Positions 9,286 to 17,618 of a stretch of DNA of 64,000 nucleotides are shown one piece after another. Position 1 is the first letter of the stretch, and each line of letters starts with the position of its first letter. The notes under the pieces were generated by a model, which was not told the origin of the DNA, ran no database searches, and saw only the letters and a list, made by a program, of their open reading frames with translations. A program made the translations under genes and the position numbers. The DNA is from Oscillospiraceae bacterium (GTDB taxonomy: Bacteria; Bacillota; Clostridia; Oscillospirales; Oscillospiraceae): positions 1,377 through 65,376 of the forward strand of contig JAIKVS010000064.1 in assembly GCA_024685535.1 (NCBI GenBank). Direction: 5' to 3'.

Positions 9286-10251
9286 TCACAGGCCGTTCAC
9301 TACGTTTACCGGAGCGCCTTCGAGAAATGCCTTAAGGTTTGTCTCACTGCACTCCATGATCCTCATTCTTGCCCCTTTGGGCGCCCAGCTGATATGCGGT
9401 GTTATAAGACAGTTTTTCGCTTTGAGGAGAGGGTTGTCCTTCCTTACCGGTTCCTCTGACACAACATCAAGCCCTGCAGCATACACTTTCCCGGAATTTA
9501 GTGCATCCGCAAGATCCTGTTCAACAATTAGCTGGCCCCGGCTGTTGTTAATAATTATCACGCCGTCCTTCATTTTTGAAATAGTGTCCTTATTAATTAT
9601 TCCCCGTGTTTCCGTGAAAAGCGGACAGTGCAGGGCAATGACATCGGACTTTGAAAGCAGCTCATCCAGGTCAACATATCTAGCTATTTCTCTGCCTTCA
9701 GGTACAGGCCGGCTTCCTGCAGCAAGCACTTCCATACCCATTGCTTTTGCTATGCAGCCTGTGGTTCGGCCGATCCTGCCGAAGCCTATGATTCCCATTG
9801 TCTTTCCCGCAAGCTCTATAAGAGGATAATCCCAGAAACACCAGTCCGGTGAAGAGCTCCACCTGCCTTTGCGGACCTCATCAGAATGATGCTGGACATG
9901 ATGACAGATCTCAAGAAGAAGAGCTATCGCGAACTGTCCTACGGAGGCAGTGCCGTAAGCCGGAATATTCGAAACCGGGATGCCCTTTTCCGCGGCATAT
10001 GCATAATCGACAATATTGTAACCGGTCGCAAGGACAGATATGAATTTCAGATTCGGACATTCGTCGATCGTTTTTCGGGTTATGGGACATTTGTTCGTAA
10101 AAACAATATCAGCATCGCCTATATTCCGGATGATATCCTCATCGTTATACGGCGTTCTGTCATATACCTTCAGCTCACCGTATTTTTCAAGCACACTCCA
10201 GCTCAGATCTCCGGGGTTTTCGGTGAAGCCATCCAAAACAACTATTTTCAT
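9286..10251 (-). CDS. D-isomer-specific 2-hydroxyacid dehydrogenase (glycerate/hydroxypyruvate reductase-like)
   Basis: NAD-binding GIIGFGRIGRTTG is present. The C-terminal segment NCLITPHISW carries the conserved catalytic His context. Confidence 0.8.
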   Translation of the reverse strand: MKIVVLDGFTENPGDLSWSVLEKYGELKVYDRTPYNDEDIIRNIGDADIVFTNKCPITRKTIDECPNLKFISVLATGYNIVDYAYAAEKGIPVSNIPAYGTASVGQFAIALLLEICHHVQHHSDEVRKGRWSSSPDWCFWDYPLIELAGKTMGIIGFGRIGRTTGCIAKAMGMEVLAAGSRPVPEGREIARYVDLDELLSKSDVIALHCPLFTETRGIINKDTISKMKDGVIIINNSRGQLIVEQDLADALNSGKVYAAGLDVVSEEPVRKDNPLLKAKNCLITPHISWAPKGARMRIMECSETNLKAFLEGAPVNVVNGL

Positions 10252-10290
10252 ATTAAGCCCCTTTCTGAATCATCTGTCGATATCACCGGT

Positions 10291-12066
10291 TCACCCGAGC
10301 CTCTCTTCCGGAGTGAGCGCGGTGGCAAAATAGAGCATATCGCTGTATATTCTCTCCCATCCATATGGTGTTACCTGGGTTATCCTCTGATTATCTATCA
10401 GCACCACTGCCGTCTGACCACCGTCGAGAGCGTATGCCTGCCGGCAGCCTTTCTCCCACATGGCATCTCTCACTTCATCCAGTCTGGCATTTCTGGTCGC
10501 ACCTAGACTGTTATCGAGATTCATAACCAACATGAGATAATGGAGCTTATCAATCTGCCCCATGGCAGATCTCGCATATTCGTCCCATATCTCTCCTATT
10601 GGGTAATCATATACATAATTTACCACTCCGTTCTCTATCAACACAGGTCCAAAGGCCATAGAGAACATAATGTCATTATCATCTATGAACTGCTGGGCAG
10701 AAGCCCAGTCATTGAGCTGATACCTGTAGGAAAACATCATGTCACCCGAGCTTGTGATGAAGCATGAGTCAACTGCATTGGAATTAACTCTGAAAAGCTG
10801 ACCGCCGTATGAGATGATTCCGTGGTTTCTGAATGCATACAGATCACCTCCCGTACAAACCACTGCATTAACCTCAGTGCTGATGGGAGTAGCCTCTTCC
10901 CAGAGGTATGTCGGCGGATTGAAGGAATCCGTGACCAGCTTTCTTCTTAGCTGGCTTGCGTCCTGCACTTTTACCTCGGCAAATGTGGCACAGCTGCCGT
11001 TTCTCTCTTCTCTCCATACTATGGCAAGGATAGTGTCGTCGAAATAATAATGTATCTCTGAACCAGGGTAGATCACTATATCCGGATTCCAGCACATTGC
11101 CTGTCCGTCAAGGAGCGCAGCAGCCTGATCGACTACTCTTTGTACTTCCCAGGGATCAGTGGTTACACCGAATCTTGATCTATCCGGCTCCGGACCGACA
11201 GTCTGGGCAAAATCTATCACATAGTGTTTCTGAACGTAACGAGCGGCAAGCCTGGCATTCTCCCTTTCGTCCTTTACCTTCGCATCCAGCATTTCCGGAA
11301 CTGATCTACCGTCAGAATAAGCCAATGCTTTCATCAAAGCATCATATAGCAGCTTATCTGACTGTATCTTCCATGCGCCGTGCTCGCATACGAGTGTAAG
11401 CCTGAACCTCGCCTGTACTATGCCGAGTTCTCCTCCAGCGCAGGAGATAACTGCAGGATCGAAAAATTCCTGCGCCACTGAGGATTTGTAAGTCTTATCA
11501 TCATTATATATAAGGCTCCTGGCTCTGACTCCGCCTGCAGCTTCCATCCCGGATACGGCAAGCTCCTGTGCCGGCTCAAACACATTATAAATATTCGGAA
11601 ACGACATGCTTACATACTGTGAAGCCGTCAGCCAGTCCACCTCAGCTTCACCCTCGGCTGCCATCCTTATGCCACTCAGCAGCGTCTCCAGCAGTTTTTC
11701 AGCTACCGGATCATTACAGTGTTCCTCGAGGAGACTGAATTCACTGTTCCTCACCTTTCCGGCAGCCAGCACGAAAGATCCCTCAGAGACCGCATCGCAA
11801 TAGTATGAAACTGTGTCCTCCGGATCACCGTTGGGAATATTCAGAAAAGCTCTGGCAGGTGGCAGAAGGAAGCATAATACCACAGATGTATAAAGAAACA
11901 CCAGAAATGCAGCAGTTGCCCATACCGGCAGTTTCTTTTTTATAAACAGCCATCCGGCAATCGCGGTGCCCGCAACCGCCAGAAGGATTATCGCAATGAC
12001 CTTTGCAAACATCTGAAACTCCATTTTTCTATATTCACTAAACTTATATTTTATACAATATATCAT
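10291..12066 (-). CDS. Membrane-anchored phosphodiester glycosidase (DUF2233/NAGPA-like) family protein
   Basis: It has an N-terminal TM helix and the C-terminal motif YALDGGQTAVVLIDNQ...YSDMLYFATA. This motif is shared with the paralog at 36671..37837. The true start may be the internal ATG near 12012, which follows a GGAG. Confidence 0.6.
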   Translation of the reverse strand: MIYCIKYKFSEYRKMEFQMFAKVIAIILLAVAGTAIAGWLFIKKKLPVWATAAFLVFLYTSVVLCFLLPPARAFLNIPNGDPEDTVSYYCDAVSEGSFVLAAGKVRNSEFSLLEEHCNDPVAEKLLETLLSGIRMAAEGEAEVDWLTASQYVSMSFPNIYNVFEPAQELAVSGMEAAGGVRARSLIYNDDKTYKSSVAQEFFDPAVISCAGGELGIVQARFRLTLVCEHGAWKIQSDKLLYDALMKALAYSDGRSVPEMLDAKVKDERENARLAARYVQKHYVIDFAQTVGPEPDRSRFGVTTDPWEVQRVVDQAAALLDGQAMCWNPDIVIYPGSEIHYYFDDTILAIVWREERNGSCATFAEVKVQDASQLRRKLVTDSFNPPTYLWEEATPISTEVNAVVCTGGDLYAFRNHGIISYGGQLFRVNSNAVDSCFITSSGDMMFSYRYQLNDWASAQQFIDDNDIMFSMAFGPVLIENGVVNYVYDYPIGEIWDEYARSAMGQIDKLHYLMLVMNLDNSLGATRNARLDEVRDAMWEKGCRQAYALDGGQTAVVLIDNQRITQVTPYGWERIYSDMLYFATALTPEERLG

Positions 12067-12085
12067 TTGATTACAAGAAAAATTA

Positions 12086-12120
12086 ACACCGGATGAATTC
12101 GATCCATCCGGTGTTTTTTA
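12086..12120 (-). terminator. Intrinsic terminator downstream of clpB (bidirectional shape)
   Basis: Stem ACACCGGATG..CATCCGGTGT at 12086-12114, with T-tracts on both strands. Confidence 0.6.
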
Positions 12121-12132
12121 TATTATTCAGAT

Positions 12133-14712
12133 TTACCTGCAGAAGAGCTTTCCATCCTTCTCGTCAACTGTGATAACAGTCCCGGCAGCTATGTCTCCTG
12201 AGAGAATCGTCCTTGCAATTAGTGTCTCCACACTGCTCTGCAGATATCTTCTCAGTGGTCTTGCACCATAGAGCGGATCGTATCCTCGTTCAATGATAAG
12301 GCTCTTCGCGCTATCCGTAATTTCAAGGCTCAGATCCTTTGCAGCCATCCTGCCGCGCAGGCCTTCAACCATAATATCGATAATGCCGTTGAGATTCTCT
12401 CTCGTAAGCGGGCGGAACATTATGGTCTCATCGAGTCTGTTTAGAAATTCAGGCCTGAAAGCTCTGTGGAGCTCCATGTCCACAGCCTGTTTCGCTTCAT
12501 CGGTTATGCTTCCATCCGGTCCTATGCCGTCGAGAAGATACTGACTGCCGAGGTTTGAAGTTAGGATGATGATGGTGTTCTTGAAGTCCACCGTTCTTCC
12601 CTGGGAATCGGTAATGCGCCCGTCGTCAAGGATCTGGAGCAGGATGTTGAATACATCTGGATGTGCCTTCTCGACCTCGTCGAAGAGTATAACACTGTAA
12701 GGTTTACGACGCACGGCTTCTGTCAGCTGGCCGCCTTCATCGTAGCCTACATATCCCGGAGGTGCTCCGATAAGTCTTGATACGGAGAATTTCTCCATAT
12801 ACTCTGTCATGTCTATACGGACAATATTTCGTTCATCGTCAAACAGGCATTCTGCCAGCGCCTTAGCAAGTTCAGTTTTTCCAACACCCGTTGGCCCAAG
12901 GAAGAGGAAAGAGCCTATAGGTCTGTTCGGATCGCTTATTCCGGCTCTTGAACGCAGTATAGCTTCTGTCACTCTCTGCACTGCCTCATCCTGACCTACG
13001 ACTCTCCTGTGGAGCATCACATCGAGATGCAGCAGCTTTTCTCTTTCTCCTTCCATCAGTTTAGATACAGGTATTCCAGTCCATTTGGCAACTATCGAAG
13101 ATATCTCCTCTTCGGTGACGGTATCGTGCACAAGTGTGGAGCGGCTGCGCTCCTCGCTGTTTTTTTCCGCCTCCTCCAGCTTTCTCTCCAGCGCAGGCAG
13201 ATCGGAGTATTTAAGCTTTGCCGCTTTTTCATACTCATATCTGAGCTGGGCATTCTCTATCTCGGAATGAAGTTTCTCCAGCTCCATCTTGAGGTTTTTT
13301 ACCTCGTCAACGCTGCTTTTTTCTGCCTCCCAGCGGGATTTGGTTTCATTGAAGCTGTCTTTGAGGTTAGCAAGTTCCTCCGTGAGCTTTTCCAGCCTTT
13401 CGCGGCTGAGTCTGTCATCCTCCTTCTTCAAGGCCATCTCCTCTATCTCGAGCTGCATTATCCTGCGGCGCATATCATCGAGTTCAGACGGCATGGAATC
13501 AATCTCCGTGCGTATCATAGCACAGGCTTCATCCACAAGGTCTATCGCCTTGTCCGGCAGAAATCTGTCCGTTATATATCTGTTTGAGAGCGTCGCAGCT
13601 GCGACAAGAGCGTTATCGTGGATACGCACGCCGTGGTACACCTCATATCGCTCCTTAAGGCCTCTGAGTATAGAAATAGTGTCTTCCACGGTAGGCTCAT
13701 CAACCTGAACGGGCTGAAAACGTCTCTCAAGAGCCGCATCTTTTTCAATATACTTTCTGTATTCATCGAGAGTAGTCGCCCCGATGCAGTGCAGCTCTCC
13801 CCTTGCCAGCATCGGCTTCAGGAGATTTCCGGCATCCATGCTGCCCTCTGTCTTACCGGCACCTACAATGGTATGCAGCTCATCTATGAAGAGTATTATC
13901 CCGCCTTCGCTCTTTCTTATCTCCTCCAGCACGGCCTTAAGCCTCTCCTCGAATTCGCCTCTGTATTTTGCACCGGCTATAAGCGCACCCATATCCAGTG
14001 AGAAAATCGTCTTGCCTTTAAGCCCTTCGGGTACGTCTCCGCGGACTATCCTCTGGGCAAGCCCCTCAGCTATGGCAGTCTTTCCCACGCCTGGTTCACC
14101 TATAAGCACCGGGTTATTCTTAGTTTTTCTCGAGAGGATCCTGATAACGTTTCTTATCTCGGAATCCCTTCCTATGACAGGGTCTAGTTCATTGTCTCTC
14201 GCCCTCTGCACAAGATCGGTACCATATTTGGCAAGTGCATCATAGGTATCTTCGGGATTGTCTCCCGTGACAGGTGAGGTCTTGACCTTGGAAAGTTCCG
14301 AAAGAAACGCTGACTTTGTGATAGCATGATCTGAGAATATCCGTTTGATGACAGGAGTAGCGGCAGCGAAAATTCCCAGCATCAGATGCTCAACGGAAAT
14401 ATAACCGTCTCCTCCCTCCTTTGCGGCTCTCTCCGCCGCATTTATCACCCTTCCTGTTTCCGGGGACATATATGCTTCCGCTCCCGTGCCTACTTTTGGC
14501 AGTGCGGAAATGGCAGTGTCAAGTTCCGATAGTACTGTATTGCAATCAACTCCCATTTTTCCCAACAGCGACGGTATCAGGCCTCCGTCCTGATCTACCA
14601 GGGCATAGAGGAGATGTTCAGGCATAATGCTGCTGTTCCGGTTCTCCTGCGCCATCGCATTTGCTGTCTGCAGAGCATCTATGCTTTTTTGTGTAAGATT
14701 CTGGGCATTCAT
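12133..14712 (-). CDS. clpB: ATP-dependent chaperone/disaggregase ClpB
   Basis: Clp N-domain, two AAA+ modules (GEPGVGKTA, GPTGVGKTE) and a long coiled-coil middle domain. Length 859 aa. Confidence 0.95.
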   Translation of the reverse strand: MNAQNLTQKSIDALQTANAMAQENRNSSIMPEHLLYALVDQDGGLIPSLLGKMGVDCNTVLSELDTAISALPKVGTGAEAYMSPETGRVINAAERAAKEGGDGYISVEHLMLGIFAAATPVIKRIFSDHAITKSAFLSELSKVKTSPVTGDNPEDTYDALAKYGTDLVQRARDNELDPVIGRDSEIRNVIRILSRKTKNNPVLIGEPGVGKTAIAEGLAQRIVRGDVPEGLKGKTIFSLDMGALIAGAKYRGEFEERLKAVLEEIRKSEGGIILFIDELHTIVGAGKTEGSMDAGNLLKPMLARGELHCIGATTLDEYRKYIEKDAALERRFQPVQVDEPTVEDTISILRGLKERYEVYHGVRIHDNALVAAATLSNRYITDRFLPDKAIDLVDEACAMIRTEIDSMPSELDDMRRRIMQLEIEEMALKKEDDRLSRERLEKLTEELANLKDSFNETKSRWEAEKSSVDEVKNLKMELEKLHSEIENAQLRYEYEKAAKLKYSDLPALERKLEEAEKNSEERSRSTLVHDTVTEEEISSIVAKWTGIPVSKLMEGEREKLLHLDVMLHRRVVGQDEAVQRVTEAILRSRAGISDPNRPIGSFLFLGPTGVGKTELAKALAECLFDDERNIVRIDMTEYMEKFSVSRLIGAPPGYVGYDEGGQLTEAVRRKPYSVILFDEVEKAHPDVFNILLQILDDGRITDSQGRTVDFKNTIIILTSNLGSQYLLDGIGPDGSITDEAKQAVDMELHRAFRPEFLNRLDETIMFRPLTRENLNGIIDIMVEGLRGRMAAKDLSLEITDSAKSLIIERGYDPLYGARPLRRYLQSSVETLIARTILSGDIAAGTVITVDEKDGKLFCR

Positions 14713-15359
14713 TATATGTGCACCTCCGAGTTGATCATCTGTGAATAGTACGCCGCCTCCACCTCATGCTCATCCATCCTGCCTGTGAGATAATTCTTCA
14801 TCATTCTGTCGAACAGCTTGATATACTCGGCAAGGGCTGACGCAAGTTCATCCGTGCTGCAATCTCTGTCCGGCACGGAAATGCTTCTGACGAACTTCCC
14901 GTCATACAATGCATAATCCGCACGCTTCCCGATCACAGGAGCCAGATGCGCGTCTTCTATTCGCTTCCACATGCGGAAGAACTCTGTCATCGCCTCGATA
15001 AGACTGACCGACTGCGTACGGAATATAACAGACAGTTCGCCTATGGATTCGCCGGCGCCTCTGTAAAGCTCCACTTCGTACTTGACAGTAGGCCTGTATT
15101 TATATTCCAGTGAACTTTTGAGCGACATCGAAAAAGTGTTCGGCGCAAAGAACGGCACAAGTTCCCTAGAAGGGGCCATGAGCTGTTCTATTGCAGACAA
15201 AACATCATTGATGCGGCGCTCCGGAGTTGTATAGTCAACATATTCGGCAAGGATCTGGTTGATCAGAGCTGATCTGTTAGTCCCAAGCCTGTGGGCTAGG
15301 ATGTCCACCTCTTTGACGACCTCATCATTCAGCATAAGGCTGTAAAGCGTCTTTTTCAT
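14712..15359 (-). CDS. Ribbon-helix-helix (CopG/Arc-like) N-terminal domain protein of unknown function, co-transcribed with clpB
   Basis: The N-terminus LYSLMLNDEVVKEVDILAHRLGTNRSALINQILAEYV fits a beta-strand/helix/helix RHH pattern. Its stop overlaps the clpB ATG. Confidence 0.5.
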   Translation of the reverse strand: MKKTLYSLMLNDEVVKEVDILAHRLGTNRSALINQILAEYVDYTTPERRINDVLSAIEQLMAPSRELVPFFAPNTFSMSLKSSLEYKYRPTVKYEVELYRGAGESIGELSVIFRTQSVSLIEAMTEFFRMWKRIEDAHLAPVIGKRADYALYDGKFVRSISVPDRDCSTDELASALAEYIKLFDRMMKNYLTGRMDEHEVEAAYYSQMINSEVHI

Positions 15360-15390
15360 ATGATCTCTATCCTTTCATTTTCTATTGCAT

Positions 15391-15419
15391 ATGATATCAT
15401 CACATAAAAAATTTGTCAA
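15391..15419 (-). promoter_or_regulatory. Sigma-A-type promoter for the RHH-clpB operon, with a 10-bp palindrome over the -10
   Basis: Minus strand reads TTGACA, a 17-nt spacer, then TATCAT. The perfect palindrome ATGATATCAT (15391-15400) covers the -10. Confidence 0.5.
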
Positions 15420-15486
15420 GATTTTTATATAAATCTAAATGCAATTTATTTTATACTCCGTGCATTTTTGTTTGTATCTTAACTTC

Positions 15487-15515
15487 TTGATTTTTTACAA
15501 TCTGTTGGTTATAAT
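15487..15515 (+). promoter_or_regulatory. Promoter of tRNA-Ser
   Basis: TTGATT, a 17-nt spacer, then TATAAT. It ends 28 nt upstream of the tRNA 5' end. Confidence 0.6.
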
Positions 15516-15542
15516 TACACAGCGACAAGAAACGACATATAT

Positions 15543-15634
15543 GCAGCGGTATCGAAGAGGTCATAACGGCCCCGACTCGAAATCGGGTAAGCCCTTAACC
15601 GGGCCCGTGGGTTCGAATCCCACCCGCTGCGCCA
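15543..15634 (+). tRNA. tRNA-Ser (anticodon CGA), class II with long variable arm, CCA encoded
   Basis: Acceptor stem GCAGCGG/CCGCTGC. Anticodon stem CCCGA/TCGGG with loop CTCGAAA. Long variable arm and T-arm GGGTTCGAATCCC. Discriminator G followed by CCA. Confidence 0.85.
15612..15634 (+). repeat. attL core (TTCGAATCCCACCCGCTGCGCCA), part of the intact tRNA
   Basis: Identical to 21660-21682. Confidence 0.9.
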
Positions 15635-15638
15635 TTCT

Positions 15639-15678
15639 AAAGCTTTGATTTGTTCGCAAATCAGAGCTTTTTCTTATT
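15639..15678 (+). terminator. Element-borne terminator now serving tRNA-Ser
   Basis: Stem AAAGCTTTGATTTG/CAAATCAGAGCTTT with one mismatch, followed by TTCTTATT. Confidence 0.55.
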
Positions 15679-15715
15679 ATCTGCTGTTTTGTGTTTCAAA
15701 ATGTTCTGCTCGCTC

Positions 15716-15741
15716 AGTTTTTCCTGCTTGTTTTCCTGCTT
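15716..15741 (+). repeat. Candidate integrase arm-type sites (two TTTTCCTGCTT motifs), left arm
   Basis: AGTTTTTCCTGCTTGTTTTCCTGCTT. A near-identical 25-mer in the same orientation lies at 21531-21555. Confidence 0.5.
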
Positions 15742-15742
15742 A

Positions 15743-15775
15743 TAAAAAAATAAACCGTGGAATTAACCACGGTTT
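15743..15775 (-). terminator. Terminator of the integrase gene
   Basis: Stem AAACCGTGG/CCACGGTTT with the int stop codon in the loop. ATTTTTTTAT follows on the minus strand. Confidence 0.6.
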
Positions 15776-16989
15776 ACCGCTATAAGCTGCTCTATAAATG
15801 CCTGTTGCCGTTGTGCGTGTTCTTCTTTCATCCGCTCAGAAACATGACCGTATATATCAAGTGTAAAGGCTGCTGTTGCGTGTCCTAATGCGTCCTGTAC
15901 GGTTTTAAAGTCATCCCCGTTCTGTAAGCTGTCTACTGCGAATGTGTGTCTTAAATCGTGAAAACGGCTATCTGGTGAACCTATTTCGGCAGCAACCTTT
16001 TTGAATCCCTTTCGCAGAGTATCGGCGCACAAATGCTCTCCGTGTTTATCGGTAAAAACAAGTGTTGTTTCCTGTTCTTCCAATGACTGAAAGCCTTTCC
16101 ATAATCCACCCGCTGCGAGTTTATCAAGCTTCTGTTGTGTTTTCTGTTTCGTCAGTATGTCTATTACAAACGGAGAAAGCTTTATTACTCTCGTTTTGCT
16201 GTTCTTTAGCGGGGCAAATGTGTAACCACCATCATTTACAGGACGCTTCTGCAGTTGCCTATATACCTTTAATGTTCCCTTCGTAAAGTCTACACAATCC
16301 CATGTTAACCCGATTGCTTCACCTTGCCGCAAGCCTGTAAAAAGGACTGTAAGCAGCACATACTCATAATCAGTACCCTTCACAGCTTTTATCATGGCTT
16401 TTTGCTGTTCTTCTGTCAGCGGTTCAACTTCTTTCCTTATTACTTTGGCTATCGTGGTATGCTGAGCGGGATTTGATTTAATTAATCCCTGTTCAACTGC
16501 CGTATTTAGGCATTTTTTCAGAATACCGTCAATATTTTTAATTGATTTCGGAGCTAACGGCTTTGATGTTACCTTGTTACCACCCTCAGCAAGCTGATTA
16601 TAAAACTGCTGAATCTGTACTGATGTAAGCTTAGACAGTTTGACCGCTCCCAGACTTCCGCAAATATGATTCTTTCCGAATGATTTATATTGCTGTATTG
16701 TGGCGAATTTCTTATCTTTGCAATATACATCAATCCAAGTATCGAACCATTCTTTTACAGTAAGCTTTGACGGTTCAAAGTAAGAACCTTCATTGACAGA
16801 GACCGCTGCGGCTTGCATCTTCTCCCTTACTTCTTTCTGTGTCTTTCCCGTGAATGTTTTACGTTGCTGCTTGCCGCTGCCTGTATCAGTGCCGATTGTA
16901 ATTTGACCTTCCCAGAAAGTATATGTTTTTCCGTTCCTTGTAACGGTTCTCTTATGCAGCGTTCCGCTGCCTTTAGCTGTTCTTCCCAT
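15763..16989 (-). CDS. int: Tyrosine-type site-specific integrase
   Basis: The C-terminal catalytic region is HDLRHTFAV...LGHATAAFTLDIYGHV (R-H-R-Y family). The N-terminal arm-binding-like domain is GKTYTFWEGQITIG. It lies next to the tRNA att site. Confidence 0.9.
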   Translation of the reverse strand: MGRTAKGSGTLHKRTVTRNGKTYTFWEGQITIGTDTGSGKQQRKTFTGKTQKEVREKMQAAAVSVNEGSYFEPSKLTVKEWFDTWIDVYCKDKKFATIQQYKSFGKNHICGSLGAVKLSKLTSVQIQQFYNQLAEGGNKVTSKPLAPKSIKNIDGILKKCLNTAVEQGLIKSNPAQHTTIAKVIRKEVEPLTEEQQKAMIKAVKGTDYEYVLLTVLFTGLRQGEAIGLTWDCVDFTKGTLKVYRQLQKRPVNDGGYTFAPLKNSKTRVIKLSPFVIDILTKQKTQQKLDKLAAGGLWKGFQSLEEQETTLVFTDKHGEHLCADTLRKGFKKVAAEIGSPDSRFHDLRHTFAVDSLQNGDDFKTVQDALGHATAAFTLDIYGHVSERMKEEHAQRQQAFIEQLIAVNRG

Positions 16990-17294
16990 TATTTGACCTC
17001 TTTTCTATCTCTGTAAAGCCTGTAATAGTACCATGCTTGTTTATTCGCTTGCCGCTCACATTCCTTATCTCGCAGCAAACCATCAACGTGATTGTGTTTT
17101 CTGTCAAAATGATTCATGTATATGTGTGCAAGCTCGTGACCTAATATAAATCGCTGGACTATTGGAGCAGCCGCCCTATCTATCACAATTATGTATTCAT
17201 CAGCGCACACTATGGTAATCCCTCTGAATAACCGTTTAAGCTTTTGCGGTATATCCTCATCCAGCAATACTATTGTTTTCCCTTTGTATGTCAA
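16989..17294 (-). CDS. ImmA/IrrE-family metallopeptidase-like protein (short)
   Basis: HEXXH motif in GHELAHIYMNH. Its stop overlaps the int ATG by 1 nt. I place the start at the TTG at 17294, which follows AGGGGGG. The track start at 17312 would lie at or before the predicted transcription start. Confidence 0.6.
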   Translation of the reverse strand: MTYKGKTIVLLDEDIPQKLKRLFRGITIVCADEYIIVIDRAAAPIVQRFILGHELAHIYMNHFDRKHNHVDGLLRDKECERQANKQAWYYYRLYRDRKEVK

Positions 17295-17317
17295 AGTAAT
17301 TCCCCCCTTCAAATAAC

Positions 17318-17388
17318 ATTATAACCATTAATGTATATTAGTCAAGAAGAAAATAACCATTGATGTTTATATGCTGCTGTGATATACT
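17318..17388. promoter_or_regulatory. Back-to-back promoters with repeated operators (genetic switch of the element)
   Basis: Minus strand has TTGACT (17345-17340), a 16-nt spacer and TATAAT (17323-17318). Plus strand has TTGATG (17360-17365), a 17-nt spacer and TATACT (17383-17388). The 18-mers ATAACCATTAATGTATAT (17321-17338) and ATAACCATTGATGTTTAT (17353-17370) lie 32 bp apart and overlap the two promoters. Confidence 0.6.
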
Positions 17389-17405
17389 CTGACAGAGGTG
17401 ATTAA

Positions 17406-17591
17406 ATGGCAGTATCAGAAGCACACAAGAAAGCGTCAAGAAAATGGGATAGCAGCAGGGATAACATTATGATTCGTCCAGATAAAGAAACAGGCGCAGC
17501 TATAAGAGCTGCTGCCGCTGCCGCTGGTGTTAGTGTTCAGAAATTTATATTGACTGCTGTTGAACACTTTATGAACACAAACAAGAAATAG
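17406..17591 (+). CDS. Ribbon-helix-helix (Arc/CopG-like) DNA-binding protein, candidate element regulator
   Basis: NIMIRPDKETGAAIRAAAAAAGVSVQKFILTAVEHFM fits the RHH fold pattern. GAGGTG lies 6 nt upstream of the ATG. Confidence 0.55.
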   Translation: MAVSEAHKKASRKWDSSRDNIMIRPDKETGAAIRAAAAAAGVSVQKFILTAVEHFMNTNKK

Positions 17592-17618
17592 AATTATTTG
17601 CGGTGGAGCGTTATAAAG

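Noticed and set aside
13009-14245. Several plus-strand ORFs (13009..13587, 13289..13708, 13618..14001, 13784..14245) inside clpB
   Set aside because: They are antisense to an unambiguous ClpB CDS. Their translations are Ser/Leu/Phe-rich.
15360-15440. CIRCE (HrcA) or CtsR operator upstream of the RHH-clpB operon
   Set aside because: Neither TTAGCACTC-N9-GAGTGCTAA nor a GGTCAAA direct repeat is present. Only the ATGATATCAT palindrome was found.
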